From: an uncultured Desulfatitalea sp.
GTDB taxonomy: Bacteria > Desulfobacterota > Desulfobacteria > Desulfobacterales > Desulfosarcinaceae
DNA: 64,000 nt
Assembly: GCA_963668675.2 (NCBI GenBank)
Contig: CAXXMB010000002.1
Coordinates: 1,184,001 to 1,248,000 of the forward strand
Direction of reading: 5' to 3'
Shown here: positions 30,883 through 41,127 of the stretch, piece by piece
Layout: the number at the start of each line of letters is the position of its first letter
How positions within the stretch are numbered: the stretch's first letter is position 1
Notes under the pieces: generated by a model
Seen by the model: only the letters and a program-made list of their open reading frames with translations
Told to the model about the DNA's origin: nothing
Databases searched by the model: none
Program-made: the position numbers and the translations under genes

Positions 30883-33800
30883 ATGACATGGCAGATGAGA
30901 AAAGCCACCCCCCCTGAAACAGCCAAAGAAATCAGTTGCCGCATTACCCGAACGCTGCTGTTGTACGTCCGCGAAAACAACCGAGGCGACCTGGGCGGCC
31001 TCCTGGATGGATTGGCGCTCGACGAAACCTACCTGTTGGACACCAACAATTGGGTGTCGCACGCATTTTTACAGATACTTTACCAACGCATGATTCAAAT
31101 CCTCGGAGACGACGATGCCGTATATCATATGACCCTGGCCTCTGAACGCTTCCAATCGCTGGGGATTCTCGACCGGATCGTCCGACTGCTGGGCAGCCCG
31201 AAATTGATCTATTCCCAGGCGCCGAAATACAACAAATACCTTAAACTCAACGGCGATGTCCATATACACGAAATTGGCCCATCCTGGGTTGTCCTCGAGG
31301 ACCGCTACCATGACGGAAGCCAAAAAACCCGTTTCGATTGTGACTATACCCGGGGTGTGCTGGCCGGCATCCCCATCCTGTTCGGGCTGCCCATGGCAGA
31401 AGTGGAGGAGATTGAGTGCCAGGTGGCGCCGGACACCTATGGAGACCGGAAATGGCCCGATACTCCCCGGCATGGGGAGAGCGGATGCCTCTACCGTGTT
31501 TGGTGGGAGCCGAAACGCCATTTGCTAAAACGCCTTTTCACCAAACGGCACGACTATTCCAAAGCCATCGAGGAGCTGCAACAAGCCAACCAGCTGATCC
31601 AAGCCAAGTATGATGAAGTCCGACAGCTGGTGTCAGACCTGGAAACGGTGAACCGGGAGCTCACTGTCTCGAAACAAGAATTGGAATCTCAACGAAAAGA
31701 GCTGGCCGAATCGGAACGTCTCTACCGACTGCTGGCAGAAAATGCTTCCGACATCATCTGGGTTTTAAGGCTGTCGACACTCGAATTCGAATATATGAGC
31801 CCATCGGTCGAGCGCATTCGCGGATTTCCCCTCGAAGAGGCCATGACACTAGATCTTGAACAGACACTGTCACCGGCATCGTATCAGATTGCCATGGAAA
31901 TCATGGAAGAAGAGTTGGCTAAAGAGGGTTTAGAGGGCGTCGATCCACAAAGATCCCGACGCATAGAGCTGGAGCAGTCGCTCAAAAGCGGAGGCTACGC
32001 CTGGTGTGAATTGATTGTCTCCTTCGTCCGCGACGATCAGGGGAAGCCGATATCGGTAATGGGCGTCACCCGCGACATTTCGGAAAGAAAGCAGGCCGAG
32101 GCTGCCATTGCGAAAAGTGAAGAGAAATACCGAAATCTTTTCGAAAACGGCATGGATCTGTTATGCGTCCATGACATGAATGGCACCCTGCTGGAAACCA
32201 ATCTCCCCTTTAAAAAAGAGTATGGTTGGGGCACGGAGGATCTGGGGGATCTGAATATCCGCGACCTTATTTCGCAACGCTATAAAAATCTATTCGATGA
32301 GTATATGGAACGCATCACCCGTGACGGATCAGCCGAAGGATTATTGACGGGCTATACCAAATCCGGCCGGAAAGTGGTTGTCGAGTATAAAAACAGATTG
32401 ATACGCGATGCCGATGGGACGCCGGTGGGCGTGCAAGGGGCAGCAAGGGATGTGACGGAACGGCTGAAAACGGAAAAAGCGCTCAAGGTGAGCGAGGAGA
32501 AATACAGAGAGATCGTTCAGTACGCCCCGGCCGGAATATACGAATTTGACATAGAGACAATGCGCTTCACCAGTGTCAACGACGTCATGTGTGAATATTC
32601 CGGATATACCGAAGAAGAATTTCTATCGATGGACCCCTACGGTCTGCTAAACGAGGAGGGCAGGAAAACCTTGGACCAATTGGTCAAAGAGGTTTTTAAA
32701 GGCCGTAAAGAGCTGCCTCCGGTGGAGTATCAGATCAAAGGCAAAGGCGGCCGGGAGTTTTGGGCACTTTCCAATTCCAAATTCTTCTATGAGGAAGGAG
32801 TGCCCAAGAGGGGCATGTCCGTGGTCCACGACCTGACCCAAATCAGGAAAGCCGAAGCGGAAAAGCGCCAGCTCGAAATCAAGCTGCAGAATGCGAAAAA
32901 GCTGGAATCTTTAGGGACGCTGGCGGGCGGCGTGGCGCATGACCTGAACAATATCCTGGGCGGCATCGTCACCTATCCTGAATTGCTTCTCGTTGACCTG
33001 CCGCCGGACAGCCCATTGAAAGACCCCCTGTTGACCATAAAAAAGTCGGGTGAAAAAGCCGCGGAGATCGTCCAGGATCTTCTGACCCTCGCGCGACGGG
33101 GGGTCTCGAAGAAGCAGGTCCTCAACCTCAACCAGATCGTCAGCGAATTCATGACATCTCCGGAATACCGAAAAATCACCGAGGCCCACAACAATTTAGA
33201 GGTGGAGACCCGCATCACCGAGAATCTGCTCAATCTGTTGGGGTCAGAGGTCCACATCGGCAAATCCCTGATGAATCTGGTGTCCAATGCCGTCGACGCC
33301 ATGCCGAACAGCGGCCATATCACCATCTCAACGCGAAATTGCTATATAGACAAACCGCACCAGGGCTTTGAAGTCATACCCGAAGGAGAATATTGCGCCC
33401 TGGCGGTGGCCGACACCGGCATCGGTATTTCAGAGAACGATCTTCAACAAATTTTCGAACCCTTCTACACCCGAAAATCGATGGGGCGCAGCGGTACCGG
33501 TTTGGGCATGTCGGTGGTCTGGGGTACGATCAAAGATCATGGCGGCTATATCGACATTGTCACCGAGGAGGGGTCGGGCACAGAGTTCGTCCTCTATTTT
33601 CCCGTCTCACGCTCGGAGCAAAAAAAGGTGACCCCGTTGCATATCGATGAGTATATCGGCAAGGGAGAGTCGATCCTCATCGTCGACGATGTTCCCGAAC
33701 AGAGAGAACTTGCCGAACGGATGATGGCACGCCTCGGCTATCGGGTCGACACCGCCGCCAGCGGGGAAGAGGCGATTTTGTTGGTTCAGCAAAACCCCTA

Positions 33801-34029
33801 CGATCTGGTGATCCTCGATATGATCATGCCCGATGGCATGAACGGCCTGGAGACCTATCGGGAGATACTCAAAATTGCCCCCGACCAGAAAGCGGTCATC
33901 GCCAGCGGCTTTTCTGAAAAAAAGCTGGTAAGTGACGCAGAAAACATAGGCGTTGGATCCTATGTCAGAAAACCCTATACATTGGAGAAAATTGGCCTCG
34001 CGGTTAGATCCCAACTGGATAGTGGTTGA
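30883..34029 (+). CDS. Hybrid histidine kinase: V4R/HNOX-like domain, three PAS domains, HisKA/HATPase, receiver
   Basis: LAGGVAHDLNN, NLVSNAVDAM, DTGIG, FEPFYT, GTGLG, ILIVDD...ILDMIMP; soluble. Confidence 0.92.
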   Translation: MTWQMRKATPPETAKEISCRITRTLLLYVRENNRGDLGGLLDGLALDETYLLDTNNWVSHAFLQILYQRMIQILGDDDAVYHMTLASERFQSLGILDRIVRLLGSPKLIYSQAPKYNKYLKLNGDVHIHEIGPSWVVLEDRYHDGSQKTRFDCDYTRGVLAGIPILFGLPMAEVEEIECQVAPDTYGDRKWPDTPRHGESGCLYRVWWEPKRHLLKRLFTKRHDYSKAIEELQQANQLIQAKYDEVRQLVSDLETVNRELTVSKQELESQRKELAESERLYRLLAENASDIIWVLRLSTLEFEYMSPSVERIRGFPLEEAMTLDLEQTLSPASYQIAMEIMEEELAKEGLEGVDPQRSRRIELEQSLKSGGYAWCELIVSFVRDDQGKPISVMGVTRDISERKQAEAAIAKSEEKYRNLFENGMDLLCVHDMNGTLLETNLPFKKEYGWGTEDLGDLNIRDLISQRYKNLFDEYMERITRDGSAEGLLTGYTKSGRKVVVEYKNRLIRDADGTPVGVQGAARDVTERLKTEKALKVSEEKYREIVQYAPAGIYEFDIETMRFTSVNDVMCEYSGYTEEEFLSMDPYGLLNEEGRKTLDQLVKEVFKGRKELPPVEYQIKGKGGREFWALSNSKFFYEEGVPKRGMSVVHDLTQIRKAEAEKRQLEIKLQNAKKLESLGTLAGGVAHDLNNILGGIVTYPELLLVDLPPDSPLKDPLLTIKKSGEKAAEIVQDLLTLARRGVSKKQVLNLNQIVSEFMTSPEYRKITEAHNNLEVETRITENLLNLLGSEVHIGKSLMNLVSNAVDAMPNSGHITISTRNCYIDKPHQGFEVIPEGEYCALAVADTGIGISENDLQQIFEPFYTRKSMGRSGTGLGMSVVWGTIKDHGGYIDIVTEEGSGTEFVLYFPVSRSEQKKVTPLHIDEYIGKGESILIVDDVPEQRELAERMMARLGYRVDTAASGEEAILLVQQNPYDLVILDMIMPDGMNGLETYREILKIAPDQKAVIASGFSEKKLVSDAENIGVGSYVRKPYTLEKIGLAVRSQLDSG

Positions 34030-34055
34030 ATTCAAACCGCGACAAGCGCATTTTC

Positions 34056-35129
34056 TCAATCTCCCACCGGATAGTCGAACATTTCGCCCTGCCAATTCCT
34101 CATTCTCCAGACACGCCGATGCTTCTCTACCACCGATGAACCGGTAAGCGCCACCTTCCCTCCGCCTCCGGGCAGATCGACCATCAGATGCGGCATGGCA
34201 ATACCCGAAAGCCGGCCCCGCAGCGCCTGCACCAGATCGATACTGTGCGCCAGGGGTACCTGGAAATGGGCCGTTCCGGGGACGCGGTCCAATTGATGGA
34301 GATAGTATGGCCGGACCCGTATGGCCAGCAGCGCCTCGAACAACTCCTGCAGGTGCTTTGCGTTGTCGTTGATTCCTTTGAGCAGAACGCTCTGACTGCC
34401 CAAAACAATGCCGGCATCGGCCATCAGACCGCAGGCCGCAGCCACATCAGGCGTTATCTCTGCCGAATGGTTCACATGAATATTGAGGTACAGCGGATGG
34501 AAGAGGGAGAGCTGATCGACCAAAGTCGGGGTGATCCGCGAAGGGAGAACCACCGGCATACGGGTATGGATGCGCAGCAGACCCACGTGCGAAATACGCC
34601 TCAAGGATGCCATGATACGAACCAATTCGACATCACTGCGCATCAATGGATCGCCTCCCGACAGGATCACTTCGTTGATCTGGGGATGGTGTCCGATATA
34701 ATCGATGCCCTCTTCGATCAGCTCCCGGGACACCTGAGAAGGCTCCGCCACCCGCCGCTTGCGCATGCAGAAGCGACAGTGCACCGCACACTGATTCGAG
34801 ACAAGAAAAACCACCCGGCCAGGATAGCGATGAATCACCTGGGAAACCGGAGATTGAAGATCTTCTGCCAGCGGATCGGAATCCCGATCCAGATCCAACA
34901 ACTCCTCCTGCCGGGGAATCACCTGCCGCCCGATGGGATCGTCCGCCGAATGGATCAGTTTTAAAAAATAGGAATTGAGCTTCATGGGAAAGCGCGAAGC
35001 CACCTCGCTCAACTCTTCGGGCTGACCAACCAATCGTCCGGGAAGGCCGCGAGGCCGGACGATACTATCGCGAAGCATTTCACGCCAGGAAGATGACGCA
35101 AATTCCGGTAATGGTTGAAGCAAGTTCAA
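34056..35129 (-). CDS. KamA/EpmB-family radical SAM aminomutase
   Basis: HRYPGRV, CAVHCRFCMRK, ILSGGDPL, RIHTR, QSVLLKGIND, RPYYLHQ, PGGGGK. Confidence 0.9.
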   Translation of the reverse strand: MNLLQPLPEFASSSWREMLRDSIVRPRGLPGRLVGQPEELSEVASRFPMKLNSYFLKLIHSADDPIGRQVIPRQEELLDLDRDSDPLAEDLQSPVSQVIHRYPGRVVFLVSNQCAVHCRFCMRKRRVAEPSQVSRELIEEGIDYIGHHPQINEVILSGGDPLMRSDVELVRIMASLRRISHVGLLRIHTRMPVVLPSRITPTLVDQLSLFHPLYLNIHVNHSAEITPDVAAACGLMADAGIVLGSQSVLLKGINDNAKHLQELFEALLAIRVRPYYLHQLDRVPGTAHFQVPLAHSIDLVQALRGRLSGIAMPHLMVDLPGGGGKVALTGSSVVEKHRRVWRMRNWQGEMFDYPVGD

Positions 35130-35175
35130 TATCCTCCAAAGCGATACCAACCTTCGCTTTAAACTTTACACTTCC

Positions 35176-36210
35176 TTAAACATTAAACCTGAAGTTTATA
35201 ATATCGCCATCCTTCACTTCATACGTCTTGCCCTCCAGACGCACCGTTCCCTGTTTGCGGGCCTCGGCATAGGTGCCGGCGGCCATCAGGTCGTCGTAGG
35301 CCAGCACCTCGGCACGGATAAACCCCTTTTTGATATCCGAATGGATCACATCGGCGGCATCGACGGCAGCCGTTCCCTTCTTGATGGTCCAGGCCCTCAC
35401 CTCGTCTTCACCCACCGTAAAAAAGGAGATCAATCCCAGCAATTCATATGAGGCTTTGATCATCCGATCCATGGCCAGATCGCTGATATCGAATTCAGCC
35501 ATGAACTCCTCTGCCTCCTCCGGGTCCATCTGCCCCAACTCCTGCTCCAGTTTCCCGCGGACAGCCATGCAGGTTTCCCCTTGCGCCCACGCCCCCAACT
35601 CCGGCAAAGATGCGTCTTCATCTTCATTGTTGAACAGCACCAGACACGGCTTGGCCGACAGGAATGCATATCCCCTCAACAGGTGAGCCCCGGCCAATTC
35701 GGGAACATGGCGCAAAGGTGTCTCCTCGTTCAAATACTCACTGCATCGCTTTATGAGCTGCTGCTCCTCCGGATTGGGTTTCTTACCCCGTTTCTGATCC
35801 ACTGCAAGTCGCTCCAGACGCTTCTCCACCACCACCAGATCGGAAAGAATCAGCTCCTGGTCGACCGTCTGAAAAGCCTCCTGGGGAACGGAGGCTTCCA
35901 TGCCATATACACTGAAGTTGCGCACCACATGCAGCAGGGCATCACAATCGCGCACCTGGGTCCAGATGCTCTGCTCCCTTGACTTCTCCTTGACATGCTC
36001 GGCCGGCGCCGGCAACAGGTACTCCACCTGGGCAAAAATGGTTTTGCGCGGTTGATACATGGCCGACAACCGGTCCACCCGCTCGTCCGGTACACGCACT
36101 GTGCCGATGCGGCTCTCTTTGCGTTGCAGCGGGTCAAGACGCGACGTTGTCAATGCTTCAAACAGTGTGGTCTTGCCTGCCCCGGTCTGTCCGATCAAAC
36201 CAAGCTTCAT
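35176..36210 (-). CDS. YchF-family (Obg-like) NTPase with divergent G-motifs
   Basis: VPDERVDRL, LHVVRNF, SFFTVGEDEVRAW, IHSDIKKGFIRAEV, RLEGKTYEVKDGD. Confidence 0.9.
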   Translation of the reverse strand: MKLGLIGQTGAGKTTLFEALTTSRLDPLQRKESRIGTVRVPDERVDRLSAMYQPRKTIFAQVEYLLPAPAEHVKEKSREQSIWTQVRDCDALLHVVRNFSVYGMEASVPQEAFQTVDQELILSDLVVVEKRLERLAVDQKRGKKPNPEEQQLIKRCSEYLNEETPLRHVPELAGAHLLRGYAFLSAKPCLVLFNNEDEDASLPELGAWAQGETCMAVRGKLEQELGQMDPEEAEEFMAEFDISDLAMDRMIKASYELLGLISFFTVGEDEVRAWTIKKGTAAVDAADVIHSDIKKGFIRAEVLAYDDLMAAGTYAEARKQGTVRLEGKTYEVKDGDIINFRFNV

Positions 36211-36448
36211 AGATCGCTCCCTAACGCCTGCGCAGGCCATCGAAACGGCTCTCTTTTCAGGTGGCCTGGGAATGGATTAAAATTGGCCATTTGTAGCGCT
36301 GTTCCACCATCAAGGCAAGGGCAAAGCCGGGCAATTATCCTTTGACATCAAAGGTCTTTTTGGATAGGGCCAGGTAAACCGGCATCAAACCGGCCAGAAA
36401 CCATTCACCGTTCGGTCTCTCTTTGGCCGTCCGAAGGTGCAAAGAATC

Positions 36449-37552
36449 ATGGGATCCCACAACAGCGTTACCCCATCGGATGTTTCGTTAAACAGAGCCG
36501 TGAAAGCGCATTGCGCTACTGACGCAGAGCAGAGTGAAAGCCAGCGGCTTCAAACCCTTCTGAAGCAGATGACCGCGGCGCCGGACCATGATGAGGTGCG
36601 GAACACCACAATCGATATCCAGACCCTGGTCGACAATGTCCCCGATATCGTCTACGCCCTCGACGGCAAGGGTGAAATTGTCTCGATCAACCGGGCCGTC
36701 AATGCCTACGGTTACACCCGGGATGAGCTGATCGGACGATTTTTTCTGGATCTTCTCCATGACGATGATCACGACCGGATCGCAAAAGCCTATTTCGATG
36801 CGTGGACGACCCGCTTGACCCAATCCCAAACCCTGCAGTTTCGAATCGTGACCAAGCTGGGCGACGTGCGCTGGCTGGAGGTGAAATGCGCCATGCGCTT
36901 CACTCCGGACGGCAAATCGTTCATCCAGGAGGGGGTGTGCCGCGATATCACTGAAAACGTCCAGAACCAGAACACACTCATCAGGGCCAGAGAAGTACTT
37001 GAAGCCCAGGTCCGCGCCCGAACCGATGAGATCATGAAAGCCAATGTTGAACTGCAGCGGGAGATCGACGAACGCCGCACCACGGAGAAGGTGTTGCGCG
37101 ACCGGGAGGGTGAGCTGGAGATGGAGAAGGCGAACCTGCAGGAGGCCAACACCGCCTTGAAGGTGCTGCTGAAACGGCGCGAACTGGACAAGCGTGCCCT
37201 TGAAGAGCAGGTGATTCACAACATCAATCGGCTGGTGCACCCCTATCTGAAAAGAATCAAAAGAGAGATCACCGACAATCGCCACATCGACTACCTGGGA
37301 ATCGTCGAATCCAACCTGAACGACATCACCTGTAACTTTTCGCGCCGCTTGACGCTCGGCGTCTATGGCCTCTCCACATCGGAGCTGAAGGTGGCCAACT
37401 TCATCCGGCAAGGCAAAAAGACGCGCGATATCGCCCACCTGCTGGGGCTCTCCCCGCGGACCGTGGACTCCTACCGACAGAACATCCGCAACAAGCTGCG
37501 CATACGCAACAAAAACATCAACTTAAGAACCTTTTTGATGTCCATCAGATAG
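36449..37552 (+). CDS. PAS-coiled coil-LuxR HTH regulator
   Basis: PAS (NVPDIVYALD...CRDITE); LSTSELKVANFIRQGKKTRDIA...RQNIRNKL. Confidence 0.88.
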   Translation: MGSHNSVTPSDVSLNRAVKAHCATDAEQSESQRLQTLLKQMTAAPDHDEVRNTTIDIQTLVDNVPDIVYALDGKGEIVSINRAVNAYGYTRDELIGRFFLDLLHDDDHDRIAKAYFDAWTTRLTQSQTLQFRIVTKLGDVRWLEVKCAMRFTPDGKSFIQEGVCRDITENVQNQNTLIRAREVLEAQVRARTDEIMKANVELQREIDERRTTEKVLRDREGELEMEKANLQEANTALKVLLKRRELDKRALEEQVIHNINRLVHPYLKRIKREITDNRHIDYLGIVESNLNDITCNFSRRLTLGVYGLSTSELKVANFIRQGKKTRDIAHLLGLSPRTVDSYRQNIRNKLRIRNKNINLRTFLMSIR

Positions 37553-37602
37553 AAAATAGGACGGTGCGGCACGACCCCCTGTCGGCCACGGTGGCGGTAA
37601 TA

Positions 37603-37881
37603 TCAGGCAGGCACGCTAAGCAAAATCCGGTTGAGCTGCTTGAGCTGGCTCTGCAGCTCGATCAATTTCGCCTCGATGAGCAGCGCCAGAACGGCTATCC
37701 TGTTCTCTGTGTTGCCGGCCTTGTCCAGCATACCATCTATTTCACGCTGGAAGGACGCGTACTGTGGATGGGTATCTAAAAATCGGTCCCTCTGTTCGAG
37801 TGCCGCCTCGAGCTCTTGCTCCGGGTCCCACGCCTCAACGGTCCGGCGGTGGTGTTTATTGAAGTGTAAAGGGTGTGCCAT
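37603..37881 (-). CDS. Small helical hypothetical protein (DUF3135-like)
   Basis: Strong SD AGGAGG; FQREIDGMLDKAGNTENRI. Confidence 0.65.
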   Translation of the reverse strand: MAHPLHFNKHHRRTVEAWDPEQELEAALEQRDRFLDTHPQYASFQREIDGMLDKAGNTENRIAVLALLIEAKLIELQSQLKQLNRILLSVPA

Positions 37882-38066
37882 GGGTTCCTCCTCTCCATTC
37901 CGTTTTCAACGCCACTACCCATTGGCGAAACGAACCTACCACAACCTTTCTGTTTGATCAATTTTACATTCGGTTGACATTTGGTTCAACAATCAGTCCA
38001 CAATAGGGGGCAACACGCGATTTATGATCACCACGCTCACGCTATTGGGGATCGGCAAAAGTACCT

Positions 38067-38972
38067 TCACGCCTCATTTGAGATGTTTTTCCTCAAAATC
38101 GAAATGATATTTTCAATATCGGCTCTGGATCGGCCGCGTTCCAGGCGACATGCGCCGGCGCCGCGATGCCCCCCTCCCCCGTATCGGGCCAAAAGCTTGC
38201 CCACGTTCACCCGACAGCCGCGGTTCAGGATGCTGTGACCAAGCTTGACCACGACATGCGGTCCCTCATCGTACAGCTTGACGTTCACGAGGGCATCGGG
38301 AAAAAGCGAGTAGACCAGAAACCGGTTTCCATCCGGTACCGGTGAGACGCCCCTGAAATCGGTGACCGAGACGTGGCCGTCCATATAGGTATCCTCACGC
38401 AGCATCCTCTCATAGACCTGGTTGGCAATCACGACGTTTTCACAGCGTCGCTCCACCCTGGGGTCGGCCATGACGCCGTCGATCTCCAGCGCTCCGATCA
38501 GATCCACCAAATGGTCGCAGTAGTCCGCGTCCTCAAGCGAACGGCGTGTGGGGATCGACATGGAGAGCAACACATACGGGTAGCTTTGGGGGTACAGTAT
38601 CTCGTCCAGGCTCAGCTGGGCCGAATCGATCTTATCCGTTTCGCGCACCAGTTCGGCAAAACGCCCCTGCCATTTGTCTTGGAAATACGCCTGATAATAC
38701 TCATAGATCAGGCCGGCAGCCGAGGGGGCGATGCGAAACAGCCCCTCATGGATTTTTTCCGATACATTGGAGACATGGTGATCGAACCACATCCCGACAT
38801 CTTCGTCACCCAGGGGCAGGTTGGCCACCACATCGCCGGGCAGAAGGCGAAAGCGGCCGTTCTGGATCTCACTGGGCTGCGTCCAGCGCACGTCGCTTGC
38901 ATCGCCCAAAGCCGCCTTGAGCAGCACGACGCAAACGACACCATCAAAATCGGGCCGGGAGATAATTCTCAC
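38067..38972 (-). CDS. DHH/DHHA1 phosphoesterase (exopolyphosphatase-like)
   Basis: RPDFDG, WFDHH, TDKIDSA, YGGGGHRGAG. Confidence 0.88.
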   Translation of the reverse strand: MRIISRPDFDGVVCVVLLKAALGDASDVRWTQPSEIQNGRFRLLPGDVVANLPLGDEDVGMWFDHHVSNVSEKIHEGLFRIAPSAAGLIYEYYQAYFQDKWQGRFAELVRETDKIDSAQLSLDEILYPQSYPYVLLSMSIPTRRSLEDADYCDHLVDLIGALEIDGVMADPRVERRCENVVIANQVYERMLREDTYMDGHVSVTDFRGVSPVPDGNRFLVYSLFPDALVNVKLYDEGPHVVVKLGHSILNRGCRVNVGKLLARYGGGGHRGAGACRLERGRSRADIENIISILRKNISNEA

Positions 38973-39152
38973 GCGTATTGACCTGTTCCCCGTTTACTGA
39001 AACGTTTTGAATCCGGCTTGGCCGGAGGTTTAAAGCGAAAGTAGCGTACCAATTATGACCGCCATTTGCAAACAACAGGGGGGCACATCCAGCGCCGATA
39101 GCGACGGAGGGTCGTAGAGATCAGGCATGGGGGGCGATCTGCATCAATGCGC

Positions 39153-39479
39153 CTACAGGGGTTCTCCGTCCGGCGCACTTTTCGACAAAATTTGTCCGCT
39201 GCCGTCGAGGAGAAATAGTAAAAAACCGCCTTGAGCTGCATATTTAATCAGGTCCTCATAGATGATGGCCTGAATTTCCAAGGCCTGCCCATGGTTTTTG
39301 GCCAGGTGAATGATGCCCTGCATGGCGGCATCTCTATCCGTGAAAAGCGGAATGAAGTCGATATCGTTCTCCGCGTCGTGCTGTCCGATAATGGTCTCCT
39401 GATTGCCCGGATTCTGCACGGCCACATATACCCAGGCATGGGGATCGATCGTCTTGGCCATTGTTGCCTTCTCCGACAT
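39153..39479 (-). CDS. Hypothetical protein
   Basis: Protein-like composition (FIPLFTDRDAA); upstream TTGACA-N18-TATATA. Confidence 0.7.
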   Translation of the reverse strand: MSEKATMAKTIDPHAWVYVAVQNPGNQETIIGQHDAENDIDFIPLFTDRDAAMQGIIHLAKNHGQALEIQAIIYEDLIKYAAQGGFLLFLLDGSGQILSKSAPDGEPL

Positions 39480-39756
39480 GGTGAACCCATGTCATTTGTG
39501 CCGCGATCCATTGCCGGCATCCGCGGCGTTCATGAGTAACAGCACCATCCACCGGTGCGATCCGCCGGCCCGAAAGCGCTAAAAAATCCTGACCTATATA
39601 GAAAATTGAGGCAGGCACTGTCAAGAAAAGGCGAGGCTGACGGCCAAACGGCGAGCGTGAATCTTTGGGATCGACCAGAGAAATAGCGCTTTACTTTTCC
39701 TCTGCTTGTTTATACTCTGCCCGCGTTTGCACGTTGAGACAAGCAAGGAGTCGCAG

Positions 39757-40065
39757 ATGGAATCGAATTTTACCGTTCCCCAAGAGTTACAAATGTCTTT
39801 TCAGAGACTTATACCATATATGTCCCCCGCATTGCGAAAAGACGTGCAGGGCCTGGAGGCCATCCTGCTCTATTTGAAAATGGGCGGCGAACGGCTTGCC
39901 CGTATCGCCATCGACGCATACAACCAGACCCATCGCCTGAAGGATGCCGCCGAGCAGAAACTGCGCCTTGAAGAGACACTGCTTGCCAAGCAGTTGGAGG
40001 ATGAAGCCGACGATGAGGACGAGGAGGACGATGAAGATGAGGACGAGGAGGAGGCCTCTGATTAA
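39757..40065 (+). CDS. Hypothetical protein with D/E-rich tail
   Basis: SD AAGGAG; ends EDEADDEDEEDDEDEDEEEASD. Confidence 0.75.
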   Translation: MESNFTVPQELQMSFQRLIPYMSPALRKDVQGLEAILLYLKMGGERLARIAIDAYNQTHRLKDAAEQKLRLEETLLAKQLEDEADDEDEEDDEDEDEEEASD

Positions 40066-40202
40066 TCAACCAACAATAGGACCAAGCCTCTGATCCGGGC
40101 AGCATCCATGCCCGTCAAGCCGAAAGGCAGCACTCACACCCGAAAGTCGATCAATCGCCCCTCCCCACCCAAACCACATCCCAAAGTGAAAACATAGATT
40201 GC

Positions 40203-41075
40203 ATGGTGCCTTTGTTCGCCCATTTAAGCGCCGAGCGGGCGCAAACCTACAGCCTGGTTCTGGCGTCAGCCGGCATCCTGCATGTGACGCATCGCCGTGA
40301 CGGCCGCTATGCCATCACCGTTGCACAGCCTGACCGCGGGCCCTCGCAGCGAACGATATCGCTCTATCTGAAGGAGAACCCGATCGGCGCGGATCAAGCC
40401 GACACCCTCTCACCGCCCCATCCTCGCTCGTGGTCCGCCATCTACGCAGCCCTTCTTCTGGCCGCCGTGCACATCGCCGTTGACGCCACCCGACAGCAGG
40501 AGATCTTCATCGCCGCTTTCGGAGCGGATGCCGGCCTTATCCTGAACGGCCAGGCCTATCGCACCATCACCGCCTTGCTGCTGCACAGCGACTGGGCACA
40601 TCTGCTGGGAAACATGGCCGGCACGCTTCTTTTCGGGACCTTCGCGGCCAGGCTCTACGGATGGGGATTCAGCTGGCTTCTGATACTGGCGACCGGCGCC
40701 CTTGGCAACGCCGTTACTGCATGGTGGTACGGCGACCACCACCTCGCCATCGGCGCCTCGACCGGTGTGTTCGCCGCACTTGGGCTTTGCGCCGCAACCG
40801 CCTTCCGGCGCTATCGGCGCCACCGCTCCCGGCGGCTGCGCCCCTGGCTCTCCCTGGCTGCGGCACTGGCCCTGTTGGGATGGTTGGGAACCTCCCCGCG
40901 CAGCGATCTGCTCGCCCACCTCTTCGGCCTCTTCTGCGGGTTTTGTATCGGAGCGCTGTGCATCCGATGGCTGGAACGGCCGACCGGCTGGCCGCTGCAG
41001 GCAGCAGCCTTTATCGTAATGTGTTTAATGGTGTTGGGAAGTTGTTGGTGGGGAAGCTTATCGGGGGCGCTATAG
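40203..41075 (+). CDS. Rhomboid family intramembrane serine protease
   Basis: LLHSDWAHLLGN, IGASTGVF, AHLFG. Confidence 0.9.
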   Translation: MVPLFAHLSAERAQTYSLVLASAGILHVTHRRDGRYAITVAQPDRGPSQRTISLYLKENPIGADQADTLSPPHPRSWSAIYAALLLAAVHIAVDATRQQEIFIAAFGADAGLILNGQAYRTITALLLHSDWAHLLGNMAGTLLFGTFAARLYGWGFSWLLILATGALGNAVTAWWYGDHHLAIGASTGVFAALGLCAATAFRRYRRHRSRRLRPWLSLAAALALLGWLGTSPRSDLLAHLFGLFCGFCIGALCIRWLERPTGWPLQAAAFIVMCLMVLGSCWWGSLSGAL

Positions 41076-41127
41076 CGCCGGACGGCCATGTTTTTCTGAA
41101 CTCAACTTTGGAATTCGCTCTATTGAG

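Noticed and set aside
40138..40151. 14-nt identity ACCCGAAAGTCGAT with 21581-21594
   Set aside because: Matches of this length are expected by chance in 64 kb and the flanks differ
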